Assembly: GCA_046328535.1 (NCBI GenBank) | Contig: JAXLWJ010000017.1 | Coordinates: forward strand, 26,993-90,992 | Length of the DNA: 64,000 bases | Source of the DNA: Anaerolineae bacterium | GTDB lineage: Bacteria; Chloroflexota; Anaerolineae; Epilineales; JAHCIE01 | Direction: 5' to 3' | In this document: piece after piece, positions 8,206 to 17,127 of the stretch | How the letters are laid out: every line of letters begins with the position of its first letter | Numbering within the stretch: position 1 is the first letter of the stretch | Translations under genes and position numbers: made by a program | Notes under the pieces: generated by a model | Databases searched by the model: none | Told to the model about the DNA's origin: nothing | What the model saw: the letters and a program-made list of their open reading frames with translations, nothing else

Positions 8206-9439
8206 GCCGGCGCTGGTGGACACCCTGACCCGCGACGCGCCCGCCTGCCGCGAGTGGCTGGAAGAGACGATGGGCTTCAAGCTCAGCGTCAAGGACAAGG
8301 GCGGGCAGGGCTATTTCAGCCCCGGCGGCGGCGCGCTCATCACGGCGAAGGTCGCCGAGGCCGTCACGCGCGAGGGGCGCATCGCGGCGCATCCCTGGCC
8401 GGTGCGGCGACTGCTGGCGCGGGACGGCGCGGTCTATGGCGCGCTCGTCGAGGACGGCGACGGCCTCCGCCCGATCCACGCCGCGGCCACGATCCTGGCG
8501 ACGGGCGGCTACGCTGGCCTCTTCGCCCGCCACGACAACCCGGCCGACCCGACCGGCGCGGGCGTCGTCATGGCGGCGCGGGCGGGGGCGCGGGTGCGCG
8601 ACCTGGAGTTCGTCCAGTTCTACCCCATCGCCACCGCCGAGCCCACCCTGCCGACGTTCATGCTCTTCCGCCCTTTCGCGCCCGGCGCCCGCCTGCTGAC
8701 CGAAGACGGCCGTGACCTGCTGGCCGAGCGATTCGGCGGGCGCAGTCTCAACGAGGTCGTCGGCGCGGCGCGGGACGACCTGTCGCGCATCGTCCACGAG
8801 GAAAACGCGCGCGCCCCGGTCGTGTTCGACGCTACGGGCTGCGACTGGAGCGAGGCCGACAGGTGGTTCTCCCTGGTGTACCTGCGCCGCTACGCCTGGG
8901 ACTGGGAGCGCCGCCCCGCCCGCGTCGCCCCCATCGCCCACCACTGCATGGGTGGCGTGTGGATTGACGCCCACGCCCGCACGTCGCTGGCGCGGCTCTA
9001 CGCGGCGGGCGAGGTGGCGTCCGGCGTCCACGGCGCGAACCGCCACGGCAGCAACTCGCTGACCGACTGCCTGGTGTTCGGCTGCCACGCCGGGGATGAG
9101 GCCGCCGGCGTCACACCGACGAGCGCGGGCGAGATGGCCGATGCCGTCGCCGCTAACATCATGCCTGAGCGGGCCGACTTCGCGGCGCTCCAACGGCTGG
9201 TGTGGGAGGGCATGGGGATCGTGCGCGACGAGGCGGACATGGCGCGGCTGGCCGACGCGCTGGCGGCGCTGCCGCCGTCGGATGCGCGGCTGATGGCGCA
9301 GATGGCGCTGGCCTTCGCCCGCCGCCGCACCGAGAGCCGCGGCGCCCACATCCGCGCCGACTACCCCGCCGAAGACCCCGCCTGGGCGCACAGCCAGACT
9401 GCGCGCCTGGCGGGGGACACGGTGGTGTTCGAGCGATAG
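7985..9439 (+). CDS. FAD-dependent oxidoreductase of the L-aspartate oxidase / fumarate reductase flavoprotein family
   Basis: 484-aa ORF, GTG start. DVLVIGGGLAGMTAAL dinucleotide fold, RHGSNSLTDCLVFG, ESRGAHIRADYP. Confidence 0.8.
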   Translation: MTTDVLVIGGGLAGMTAALRAAQAGARVLLLARAAPGVACNSAVSGGGMLIAGPNITRAAHAELTMAVGHGINEPALVDTLTRDAPACREWLEETMGFKLSVKDKGGQGYFSPGGGALITAKVAEAVTREGRIAAHPWPVRRLLARDGAVYGALVEDGDGLRPIHAAATILATGGYAGLFARHDNPADPTGAGVVMAARAGARVRDLEFVQFYPIATAEPTLPTFMLFRPFAPGARLLTEDGRDLLAERFGGRSLNEVVGAARDDLSRIVHEENARAPVVFDATGCDWSEADRWFSLVYLRRYAWDWERRPARVAPIAHHCMGGVWIDAHARTSLARLYAAGEVASGVHGANRHGSNSLTDCLVFGCHAGDEAAGVTPTSAGEMADAVAANIMPERADFAALQRLVWEGMGIVRDEADMARLADALAALPPSDARLMAQMALAFARRRTESRGAHIRADYPAEDPAWAHSQTARLAGDTVVFER

Positions 9440-9478
9440 CCGCTATCCCTCGCTTGCCTTTTGGGGTATAATTCCCGC

Positions 9479-10207
9479 ATGCCCCCAGCGCCCCCCGACT
9501 ACTACGCGGTTCTGCAAGTGTCGCCCACGGCGGAGACGGCCATCATCGAGGCCGCCTACCGCCAGCTTGCGCGCCTCTACCACCCGGACGTGGATCGCAC
9601 GCCGGGCGCGAAGGAGCGCATGCAGACCATCAACGCGGCCTACGAAGTCCTGCGCGACCCGCCCCGCCGCGCCGAGTACGACGCCGCCCGCGCTGCCCGC
9701 CTCAAGGCCGGCGCGCGCCTCCTCGACGTGGAGCGCGACGGCGAGTGGATCACGTTTCGCCTCGGCCCGGCCTATGATCCGTTCGGCACCCTGGCCGCGC
9801 TGCGGGCGAGCGTTCCGCCCGACGGCCGCCGCTGGGACGCGCTGTCGCAACGCTGGCGCGTCCACGCCAACTACGCCGAGACGCTGGCGGGGCTGTTCGC
9901 CAACTACGGCGCGCCGGGGGCTGTCTTCGGTCCGCCGGTGGATACCCCGGAGCCGCCGCGCAGCGCCCTGCCGCAGTTCACGGCCCTGGGGGTGTGCCTC
10001 ATCGCCGCCGCCCTTCTGGTGTACCTGGCGAACACGCCAACAGGGGTGTGGTGGCGCGCACGCATCGCCGCGACCGTCGTCGGCCTGGTGGAGCGGGTTG
10101 ACCCCGGCGTGTCCGGCGACCTGGTTGTCGCTCTGCTCGCGGGGCTGGCCGTCCTGACGCTCGCCGCCGTCGCCTGGTACGCCCGCAAGCCCTCCCCCCG
10201 GCGATAA
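9479..10207 (+). CDS. J-domain (DnaJ-like) protein with C-terminal transmembrane helices
   Basis: ORF 9461..10207. ATG 9479. DYYAVLQVSP...LARLYHPDV (HPD motif). Two hydrophobic helices near the C-terminus. Confidence 0.75.
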   Translation: MPPAPPDYYAVLQVSPTAETAIIEAAYRQLARLYHPDVDRTPGAKERMQTINAAYEVLRDPPRRAEYDAARAARLKAGARLLDVERDGEWITFRLGPAYDPFGTLAALRASVPPDGRRWDALSQRWRVHANYAETLAGLFANYGAPGAVFGPPVDTPEPPRSALPQFTALGVCLIAAALLVYLANTPTGVWWRARIAATVVGLVERVDPGVSGDLVVALLAGLAVLTLAAVAWYARKPSPRR

Positions 10208-10312
10208 GTCCCTCACCCCTACCCCTCTCCCACAAGGGGCGAGGGGAGGAGAGGGTGTAGCTCTGGCCCCCTTCACCCCTTGTGGGAGAGGGGGCAGGGG
10301 GGTGAGGGGCCG
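10205..10312. repeat. family C hairpin repeats
   Basis: CCCTCACCCCTACCCCTCTCCCACAAGGGGCGAGGGGAGGAGAGGG ... CCCCTTGTGGGAGAGGGGGCAGGGGGGTGAGGGG. Confidence 0.8.
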
Positions 10313-10320
10313 ACCGGAAT

Positions 10321-10349
10321 TTGACCCGGCGGGCGTGTCACCCTATAAT
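10321..10349 (+). promoter_or_regulatory. sigma-70-type promoter for rplU-rpmA
   Basis: TTGACC (10321-10326), 17-nt spacer, TATAAT (10344-10349). The ~80-nt leader contains the hairpin GGCAGGGGCCTTCCCCTGCC (10381-10400). Confidence 0.65.
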
Positions 10350-10436
10350 TAAGCGTTGTCCAAGCCAGATACACAATGCGGGCAGGGGCCTTCCCCTGCC
10401 GTTCGCGTGCTTATAGAATGTCGGCGGGAGGTTGAC

Positions 10437-10760
10437 GTGTACGCAATCATCAAGACGGGCGGGAAGCAATACCGGGTCAAGCCGGGCGACGTGCTGGATG
10501 TGGAGAAGCTGGAGGCCGAGGAAGGCGCGACGATTGAGCTAGGCGACGTGCTCCTGGTCGCGGACGACGACGGCCACAAGGCGGGCGACGATGTGAAGGG
10601 CGCGAAGGTCACGGCGACGGTCGTGGGCAACGTCAAAGGCCCGAAGCTGGTGATCTTCGACTACAAGCCGAAGATTCGCTACCGCCGCAAGACCGGCCAC
10701 CGCCAGACCTATACCCGCCTCAAGATCGGCGATATCTCGGTCGCTCAGTTACAGGAATAA
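10437..10760 (+). CDS. rplU: 50S ribosomal protein L21
   Basis: GTG 10437 after GGGAGG. VYAIIKTGGKQYRVKPGDVLDVEKL... Confidence 0.95.
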   Translation: MYAIIKTGGKQYRVKPGDVLDVEKLEAEEGATIELGDVLLVADDDGHKAGDDVKGAKVTATVVGNVKGPKLVIFDYKPKIRYRRKTGHRQTYTRLKIGDISVAQLQE

Positions 10761-10877
10761 CAATCCGCTGCGCCGCGCCCGTTGCGCCGCGCAGCGTCAG
10801 CATACGCTCGGCCCGGCGTAAGAGTCGGCGGTCTCGCGCCGTCCATCTGCTGCACAGGTCGAGAGGAGAAAATCGTC

Positions 10878-11171
10878 ATGGCTCACAAAAAGGGTGGCGG
10901 TAGCAGCAAGAACGGTCGCGATAGCAACTCGCAGCGGCGGGGTGTCAAGCGCTTCGACGGCCAGGTCGTCAGCGCAGGCAGCATCCTCGTGCGCCAGCTC
11001 GGTACCAAGTTCCAGCCTGGCCTCAACGTCGGCCAGGGCCGCGACTACACACTATTCGCCAAGGTAGATGGGCGCGTGAAGTTTGAGCATGTCACTCGCT
11101 ACAAGCAGCGCATCAGCGTGTATCCGGTCGCGCCCGTTGCGGCGCTGACGGAGAGCGCTGGCGAGGCGTAA
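10878..11171 (+). CDS. rpmA: 50S ribosomal protein L27
   Basis: ATG 10878 after [37 protein letters not shown]... No N-terminal propeptide. Confidence 0.95.
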   Translation: MAHKKGGGSSKNGRDSNSQRRGVKRFDGQVVSAGSILVRQLGTKFQPGLNVGQGRDYTLFAKVDGRVKFEHVTRYKQRISVYPVAPVAALTESAGEA

Positions 11172-11183
11172 GGAAGAAGTCCA

Positions 11184-11450
11184 ATGCCGAAGCAAGGTAT
11201 TCATCCCAAGTACTACCCCGAGGCGCAGGTCATCTGCGCGTGCGGGAACACGTTCACCGTCGGCTCGACGCAGCCGACGATCCGCACGGACGTGTGCTCC
11301 CAGTGCCACCCGTTCTACACGGGCGAGCAGCGCATCGTTGACACCGCCGGCCGCGTGGATCGGTTCATGATGCGCCTGGAGCGCCGCGAGCAGAAGACGA
11401 ACCAGCCGAAGCCCGCGACCGCCGCGCCGGCCACCAAGGGCAAGAAGTAA
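11184..11450 (+). CDS. rpmE: 50S ribosomal protein L31 (Cys-containing, zinc-ribbon type)
   Basis: [29 protein letters not shown]...[10 protein letters not shown]. Confidence 0.95.
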   Translation: MPKQGIHPKYYPEAQVICACGNTFTVGSTQPTIRTDVCSQCHPFYTGEQRIVDTAGRVDRFMMRLERREQKTNQPKPATAAPATKGKK

Positions 11451-11468
11451 ACAAACCAGACTCTGCGA

Positions 11469-11507
11469 AGCCCTCTCCGAGCCGTCGCGCTCCGAGAGGG
11501 CTTTTTT
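11469..11507 (+). terminator. rho-independent terminator after rpmE
   Basis: AGCCCTCTC...GAGAGGGCT stem followed by TTTTTT. Confidence 0.7.
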
Positions 11508-11549
11508 GCGCGCCGCCACGTTCTGATTATAATGGGCGCGGTTAGCATA

Positions 11550-12197
11550 ATGTTGGAGCGCGAAAGGAGACGGGCGGTGGCCCCTCAACCTCACGGTCAT
11601 ATCGGCGGGTGGATCGAGCTTATCTGCGGCAGCATGTTCAGCGGCAAGACCGAGGAGCTGATCCGACGCATCAAGCGCGCCCAGATTGCGCGCCAGAAGG
11701 TGCAGGTCTTCAAGCCGGCCCTCGATACGCGCTACGGCGAGTTGCAGGTTAGCTCCCACAATGGCCTGCAGATGGACGCGGTCGCGGTCACCTCGTCGCG
11801 GCAGATTCTGGCCCTGGTGGACGAGGACACCGACGTCGTGGCGGTGGACGAGGTGCAGTTCTTCGACTGGGAGATTGCGCCGGTCTGTAACGCGCTGGCC
11901 GACAGCGGCAAGCGCGTCCTCGTGGCCGGGCTGGACACGGACTTCCGCGCCGAGCCGTTCGGCCCGATGCCGCTACTCATGGCCCAGGCGGAGATGGTGG
12001 ACAAGCTCTCGGCGATTTGCGTCATCTGCGGCGCGCCCGGCAGCCGCACGCAGCGCCTCATTGATGGGCAGCCCGCTCGCTACAACGATCCGATCATCCT
12101 GGTCGGCGCGTCGGAGGTGTACGAGGCGCGCTGCCGCCACTGCCACGAGGTGCCGGGGGCCGAGGCGACGGCCGAGGCGGAGGCCGCCAGCGCGTGA
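11550..12197 (+). CDS. tdk: thymidine kinase
   Basis: ORF 11532..12197 with [14 protein letters not shown] (P-loop), VDEVQFF and the C-terminal Cys cluster [13 protein letters not shown]...CRHCH. ATG 11532 overlaps a TATAAT box (11528-11533), so ATG 11550 is preferred. Confidence 0.85.
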   Translation: MLERERRRAVAPQPHGHIGGWIELICGSMFSGKTEELIRRIKRAQIARQKVQVFKPALDTRYGELQVSSHNGLQMDAVAVTSSRQILALVDEDTDVVAVDEVQFFDWEIAPVCNALADSGKRVLVAGLDTDFRAEPFGPMPLLMAQAEMVDKLSAICVICGAPGSRTQRLIDGQPARYNDPIILVGASEVYEARCRHCHEVPGAEATAEAEAASA

Positions 12198-12269
12198 CAC
12201 CAGCGGCGGACACCAAGATACTTACCACGGAACACACGGAATAGAAGAAGCGCGTAGCGCCATGTGACG

Positions 12270-13499
12270 CTACTCCGTCGAGCGGCGGCGGCCGTTGAGC
12301 TTCTCTAGCGCGAACACGGCCGCGCTGAGGCCGAGGACCTTGACGCCTTCCTTGAGGCTGAAGCCGCCGCTCTGCGCGGTATGGCCGTTCGACCCCGCGT
12401 CGCCGTTCTGCGCGGGCCTCGGCGGTTGCGTCAGCTCATGCGCCTGCGCCTGCGCGTTGGACGGCGGCGCTTGGCGCGCGGCCTGCGCCCCGCCGGGCTG
12501 CGGCTTCTGGTCGGCGCGCTCCCCCTCGCGGCTCTTCGCGACTTCCTCCACCGACTGGCCCGTGTCTGCCGCCGTGACCACGTCGGGCTTGCGCGGCATG
12601 CCCTGCTCGGCGCGCGCCTCCTCGGTCAATGGAACGGCGCCTGGCTCCGGCGCTACGTGAGAGCCGTACTGGTTGGCGTAGACCTGGGTGAACTCCGCGC
12701 CGAAGAACAGGATCTGGGCCGAGTAGTAGACCCACAGCAGGAGGACGAGCAGGGAGCCGGCCGCGCCGTAGCTCGACCCGAAGGCGCTGTGGCCCAGGTA
12801 TAGCCCGATGGCGAACTTGCCGATGGTGAACAGCAGCGCTGTAATGAACGCGCCAACCCAGACGTCACGCCAGGCGATTTTGGCATCCGGGATGTACTTG
12901 AACAGCAGGGCGAAGATCACGGTGATCACGGCGAGGGAGACGATGAAGTTGATGACCTGCCACAGCGCCTCACCGCCCGGCAGAGCATTCCCCAACCAGG
13001 CCCCAACTGCCGACAGGCCGGCGCTGATGATGAGCGACACGAGCAGGAGGAAGCCCGTCCCCAGCACCATGCTGAACGAGAAGAAGCGGTCCTTGATCAT
13101 GCCCAGGATGCCCCGGCCTGGCTTCGGCTGCACCTCCCACATCGTGTTGAGGCTGTCCTGCAACGCGCCGAACACGCCGGACGCGCCAAAGAGCAGGGCG
13201 ACGAGGCCGATGATCGTGGCGATGATGCCGCCGCTCGGCTGACGGCTCGCCCCTGCCACCATCGCCTGAATGCCTTCCGCGCCTTGCTCGCCGACGAGGC
13301 CGCCAATGGCGTTCATGATCTGGCCCTGGGCGGCCTGCGCGCCGAACACGACGCCGGCGATGCCGATGGCGATGACCAGCAGCGGCGCGAGCGAGAAGAC
13401 GGTGTAGTAGGCCAGGCTGGCCCCGAGGCGGGGGGCCTTGTCCTCACTGAACTCGCTGAAGGTATCCTTCAACAGACCGAAGATTTTCGACACACTCAT
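12270..13499 (-). CDS. YihY/BrkB (ribonuclease BN-like) family membrane protein with a long Ala/Gln/Pro-rich C-terminal tail
   Basis: Inside ORF 12270..14027. Start at ATG 13499 (GGAGGT upstream). MSVSKIFGLLKDTFSEFSEDKAPRLGASLAYYTVFSLAPLL... Confidence 0.85.
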   Translation of the reverse strand: MSVSKIFGLLKDTFSEFSEDKAPRLGASLAYYTVFSLAPLLVIAIGIAGVVFGAQAAQGQIMNAIGGLVGEQGAEGIQAMVAGASRQPSGGIIATIIGLVALLFGASGVFGALQDSLNTMWEVQPKPGRGILGMIKDRFFSFSMVLGTGFLLLVSLIISAGLSAVGAWLGNALPGGEALWQVINFIVSLAVITVIFALLFKYIPDAKIAWRDVWVGAFITALLFTIGKFAIGLYLGHSAFGSSYGAAGSLLVLLLWVYYSAQILFFGAEFTQVYANQYGSHVAPEPGAVPLTEEARAEQGMPRKPDVVTAADTGQSVEEVAKSREGERADQKPQPGGAQAARQAPPSNAQAQAHELTQPPRPAQNGDAGSNGHTAQSGGFSLKEGVKVLGLSAAVFALEKLNGRRRSTE

Positions 13500-13513
13500 C
13501 CCCTTACCTCCCA

Positions 13514-14527
13514 TTATTTGACCGCCAACGGCGTCTGGCTCCCGCGCTCCGTGTCGCGCGTTCTGGCGACCGCTTCCACCGACCGGCCCGTCTCCGCCGC
13601 CTCCGCGACCTGCGGGGCGCGGGGAATGCCCTGGCCGGCGCGCGCCGCCTCGGTCAGCGGCACGGCGCCCGGCTTTGGCACAATGGGCGTGCCATACCGA
13701 TTGGCGACCACCTGCGTTAGCTCCGCGCCGAGGAACAAAATCTGCGCCGAGTAGTAAATCCACAGCAGCACGAGCACCAGCGAGCCGGCTGCGCCGTAGG
13801 CCGAGGTCACGCTGCTGCGCCCCAGGTACAGCCCAATGGCGAACTTGCCGATGGTGAACAGCAGCGCCGTAACGAACGCGCCGATGGCGATGTCGCGCCA
13901 GGCAATCGCGGCGTCTGGCACGACCTTGAAGATGAGCGCGAACAGCACCGTGACGACGAGGAGCGAGAAGACGAAGTTGACGCCTTCCCACACGCCGGCG
14001 CCGCCGGGCATGGCGTCGCTGAACCACTTGCCGGCGGCGGCGAGGCCGGCCGTGACGACCAGGGACACCAGCAGCAGGAAGCCTGTGCCGACCACGAGCG
14101 TGAACGAGAAGAAGCGCTCCTTGACCATGCCCTTGAGGCCGCCACCGGGCCGGGGCTGCACGCCCCAGATGGTGTTCAGGCTGTCCTGGAGCGCGCCGAA
14201 GACGCCGGACGCGCCGAGGAGCAGCGTGACGATGCCCAGCAGGGTGAGGAGGATGCCGCCCGCCCGCGGCTGGCTGGCGCTCTCGACCATCGCCCCAATG
14301 GCCTGGCCGCCCTGCTGCCCGACGACACTCTGAATTGTCCCGATGACCTGCCCCTGGGCGGTCGACCGGCCGAACACCGCGCCGGCGATGGCGACGGCGA
14401 TGACCAGGAGCGGCGCAATCGAGAAGATGGTGTAGTAGGCCAGGCTCGCGCCGAGCCGCGCCCCCTTGTCCTCGTTGAAACGGTCAACCGTTTCTTTGAT
14501 CAGACCGACTATGTCTTTGTAACTCAT
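13514..14527 (-). CDS. YihY/BrkB family membrane protein (tandem paralog)
   Basis: ORF 13514..14551. Start at ATG 14527. MSYKDIVGLIKETVDRFNEDKGARLGASLAYYTIFSIAPLL..., colinear with 12270..13499. Confidence 0.85.
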   Translation of the reverse strand: MSYKDIVGLIKETVDRFNEDKGARLGASLAYYTIFSIAPLLVIAVAIAGAVFGRSTAQGQVIGTIQSVVGQQGGQAIGAMVESASQPRAGGILLTLLGIVTLLLGASGVFGALQDSLNTIWGVQPRPGGGLKGMVKERFFSFTLVVGTGFLLLVSLVVTAGLAAAGKWFSDAMPGGAGVWEGVNFVFSLLVVTVLFALIFKVVPDAAIAWRDIAIGAFVTALLFTIGKFAIGLYLGRSSVTSAYGAAGSLVLVLLWIYYSAQILFLGAELTQVVANRYGTPIVPKPGAVPLTEAARAGQGIPRAPQVAEAAETGRSVEAVARTRDTERGSQTPLAVK

Positions 14528-14559
14528 TGCCACCCTCTTGCTGCTCAGCACACACTTCT

Positions 14560-14960
14560 TGGAGCGTCACTGCGAGGCGGGCCTTGCCGCCGCCGCCACC
14601 GACTCGAAGTCGGTGGCTGAGTGGACGAAGCCTGCCCATGCAGGCTGGCTGTACGACGTCGCTCCCAACCGAGCCTGCTGAAGCAGGCTTGACTGTACCC
14701 GACGCCGATGTCAATCGGCGGCGTGCCGAGCGACGACGCTGTCGTGCGCTATGGAGAGCCGACTGGAAGTCGGCGCTACAGGAGACGTGGACGCAACTTT
14801 CATCCGTGAGGATGCGCCGCAGGCGGCAGCGAAGCCCCTTAGCAACTTCCACCATGCTGTCATGCTGAACCAAAGGCGAAGCATCCCCCCCGGCGCTCCG
14901 GGAGCCCGTCGCGCCCCGCAGAGCTTGCCCTGAGCTTGCCGAAGGGGCGACAGGCTTGGC
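14560..14960. repeat. array of short unrelated-stem hairpins plus family E modules
   Basis: CCACCGACTCGAAGTCGGTGG, AGCCTGCCCATGCAGGCT, AGCCTGCTGAAGCAGGCT, CGCCGATGTCAATCGGCG, GCCGACTGGAAGTCGGC, TGTCATGCTGAACCAAAGGCGAAGCATCC, GAGCTTGCCCTGAGCTTGCCGAAGGGGCGACA. Confidence 0.8.
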
Positions 14961-15131
14961 CGTGTTCTCGTGTCGTCCCATGCAGCCCCGGGCAGTGAAA
15001 GACAGAAGCACCCACGATGGCCCGTTGCCGACGTAAATAGCAGGAGAAGTGCCACGACGCGCGCGGGTAAGGCCGGCAGGCATCGTCGTCTCTGTAGGGT
15101 GACATTGCTGCAAACACAGAGGCTTATCGAA

Positions 15132-16619
15132 ATGACGAAACAGAAGGTGTTAGTGACCGGCGCCACGGGCTACATTGGCGGTCGCCTCGTGCCGCGTCTC
15201 CTCGAAGCGGGCTACGCGGTGCGGTGCATGGTGCGTGACCCGGCGCGCCTCGAAGGGCGCGAGTGGCTCAAACGGGTCGAGGTCGTGCGCGGCGACGTCC
15301 TCGCGCCGGAGACGCTCGCCCCCGCCTTGCAGGGCATAGACGCGGCGTACTACCTGATCCACAGCATGGGCGGCGGCCACGACTTCCACGAGCGGGACCT
15401 GGCGGCGGCGCGCGCTTTCGGCCACGCGGCGCGGACGGCGGGCGTCGGCCGCATCATCTATCTCGGCGGCCTGGGCGACCCGGCGGCGTCCCTTTCGACG
15501 CACCTGCGCTCGCGCCAGGAGACGGGGGACGCGCTACGCGAGTCGGGCGTCCCGGTCACCGAGTTCCGCGCTGCCGTCATCGTCGGCTCCGGCTCGCTGT
15601 CCTTCGAGATGGTGCGCTACCTCACCGAGCGCGTCCCGGTAATGATTTGCCCGCGCTGGGTGTACACCCGCGTCCAGCCCATCGCCGTGCGCAACGTCCT
15701 GGACTACCTCGTCGCCGCCCTGGACACGCCGGCCAGCGTCGGCCAGACGGTCGAGATCGGCGGCGCGGACGTGCTGACCTATGGCGAGATGATGACGGGC
15801 TACGCGCAGGTGCGCGGCCTCAAACGCTGGCTCCTCGCCGTTCCCGTCCTGACGCCGCGCCTGTCCTCGTACTGGGTCCACCTGGTCACGCCCATCCCGG
15901 CCCCCATCGCCGGCCCCCTCATCGAGGGCCTGCGCAACGAGGTCGTTGTGCGCGACAACAGCGCCCGCCGCATCTTCCCGAGCATCCGGCCGATGGACTA
16001 CGAGAGCGCCGTGCGCGCCGCGCTGGTTAAGCTGCGGGCGGGGGATGTGGAGACGGTGTGGAGCGATGCCCTGATGACCTCGCAAGGGGACATGCGCCCG
16101 GTGGTGCTGACGACGCACGAGGGGATGGTCATGGAGCACCGCCAGCAGCTCGTTCCCGCCGCGCCCGACGCCGTGTTCCATTCCTTCACCAGGCTGGGCG
16201 GACAGCGGGGCTGGCTGTACATGAACTGGGCGTGGCAGCTGCGGGGCATGGCCGACCGGCTCATCGGGGGGGTGGGGATGCGGCGCGGCCGCCGCGACCC
16301 GGACGATGTGCGCGTGGGGGACGCCCTGGACTTCTGGCGCGTCGAGGCGGTAGAGCCGGAGCGGCTGCTGCGCCTGCGCGCCGAGATGAAGGTGCCGGGG
16401 CAGGCGTGGCTCCAGTTCCAGGCGCGGCCGCAGGAGGACGGGGAGACGCTGCTGAGCCAGACGGCGTTCTTCGCGCCGAAGGGGCTATCCGGCTGGCTCT
16501 ACTGGTATGCTCTCTACCCGATGCACGGCCTGATCTTCAGCGGTATGATCCGCAAGGTCGCCGAGGGCGCCGACGCGCCATCGGCCGCGCCCGACGCGCA
16601 CCTGTTCCCGACAAGTTGA
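15132..16619 (+). CDS. NAD(P)H-binding SDR/NmrA-like oxidoreductase fused to a DUF2867-like C-terminal domain
   Basis: ORF 14970..16619. ATG 15132. MTKQKVLVTGATGYIGGRLVPRLL (Rossmann motif). Confidence 0.8.
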   Translation: MTKQKVLVTGATGYIGGRLVPRLLEAGYAVRCMVRDPARLEGREWLKRVEVVRGDVLAPETLAPALQGIDAAYYLIHSMGGGHDFHERDLAAARAFGHAARTAGVGRIIYLGGLGDPAASLSTHLRSRQETGDALRESGVPVTEFRAAVIVGSGSLSFEMVRYLTERVPVMICPRWVYTRVQPIAVRNVLDYLVAALDTPASVGQTVEIGGADVLTYGEMMTGYAQVRGLKRWLLAVPVLTPRLSSYWVHLVTPIPAPIAGPLIEGLRNEVVVRDNSARRIFPSIRPMDYESAVRAALVKLRAGDVETVWSDALMTSQGDMRPVVLTTHEGMVMEHRQQLVPAAPDAVFHSFTRLGGQRGWLYMNWAWQLRGMADRLIGGVGMRRGRRDPDDVRVGDALDFWRVEAVEPERLLRLRAEMKVPGQAWLQFQARPQEDGETLLSQTAFFAPKGLSGWLYWYALYPMHGLIFSGMIRKVAEGADAPSAAPDAHLFPTS

Positions 16620-16649
16620 GAGAGGCGAGGGCCGTAGGAGGCAAGAAAG

Positions 16650-17100
16650 ACGGTTGAGGGTCTCCGAAAGCCTCTGACCCTCGCCGTCGCTGGTCTCACG
16701 TAGGGTCGCGCTGAACGCTATCGTGGGCTGCGAGAGCTACGGTTGCGGCGAAGCGCTTCTGATCAGCTGGGCGCTTTGCCGAATCCGGGCACGCGACACT
16801 GGCTCAGCCTGCACAGGCATTGAAATCGCGCCATTTCGAGCCCCTTCAGGTCTCAGCCCCACACTAATCCTGCAAGACCGAAAGAGGCGGTGAGGGTCTC
16901 CAAGTGACCCCTCCGGTCGCATGTCACACTATCCTGCGGAAACGCTCCCAGAACGAAATCAACGGCGAAGTGATCAGCTGGCAACTGCACAGATTGAAAC
17001 GCCTGCCGCTCCAGCCCTCTCCACCTCTCTCATCTGTTGCCCCATAATAGACCTGAACTCCCAGCGATGCGTCGAGCGGCATGGAGCCCGACACTAATCC
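16650..17100. repeat. degenerate ~230-bp tandem duplication in a convergent intergenic region
   Basis: Unit landmarks occur twice in the same order: GGT(T)GAGGGTCTCC..TGACCC(C)TC hairpin (16653/16888), CGGCGAAG.G..GATCAGCTGG (16746/16961), CTGCACAG..ATTGAAA.CGC (16809/16985), ACACTAATCC (16861/17091). Confidence 0.6.
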
Positions 17101-17127
17101 ACGTGAACACATCATCCTGTTGGGATG

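Noticed and set aside
7703-9391. 562-aa ORF antisense to the flavoprotein gene. Similar long antisense or off-frame ORFs occur elsewhere (e.g. 57726..59804, 49047..51077, 47223..48689, 40387..41322, 22328..23350, 62140..63342).
   Set aside because: Arg/Gly/Pro/Ala-rich low-complexity translations that fully overlap genes with clear family signatures. This is the expected stop-codon paucity of high-GC DNA.
10761-10877. Possible small gene (Prp/YsxB position) or RNA between rplU and rpmA.
   Set aside because: There is no ORF, and L27 starts directly with MAHKKGGG without a propeptide. Only a GC hairpin (CGCTGCGC...GCGCAGCG) is present, which is insufficient for a call.
12270-14027. 585-aa ORF taken as one long YihY protein.
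   Set aside because: The N-terminal ~176 codons are an off-frame read of the neighbouring paralog. A good RBS and a homologous N-terminus (MSVSKIF.. vs MSYKDIV..) place the start at 13499.
14484-15113. 209-aa and 151-aa ORFs in the 14.5-15.1 kb spacer, and 140/168-aa ORFs in 33464-34005.
   Set aside because: They run through hairpin-repeat arrays. The translations are repeat-derived, and equally long alternatives exist on both strands.
16790-17010. Possible degenerate CRISPR array, because of ...ATTGAAA(T)C-like repeat ends.
   Set aside because: Only two loosely similar copies, no regular repeat-spacer periodicity, no exact repeats and no cas genes. It is better described as a degenerate tandem duplication.
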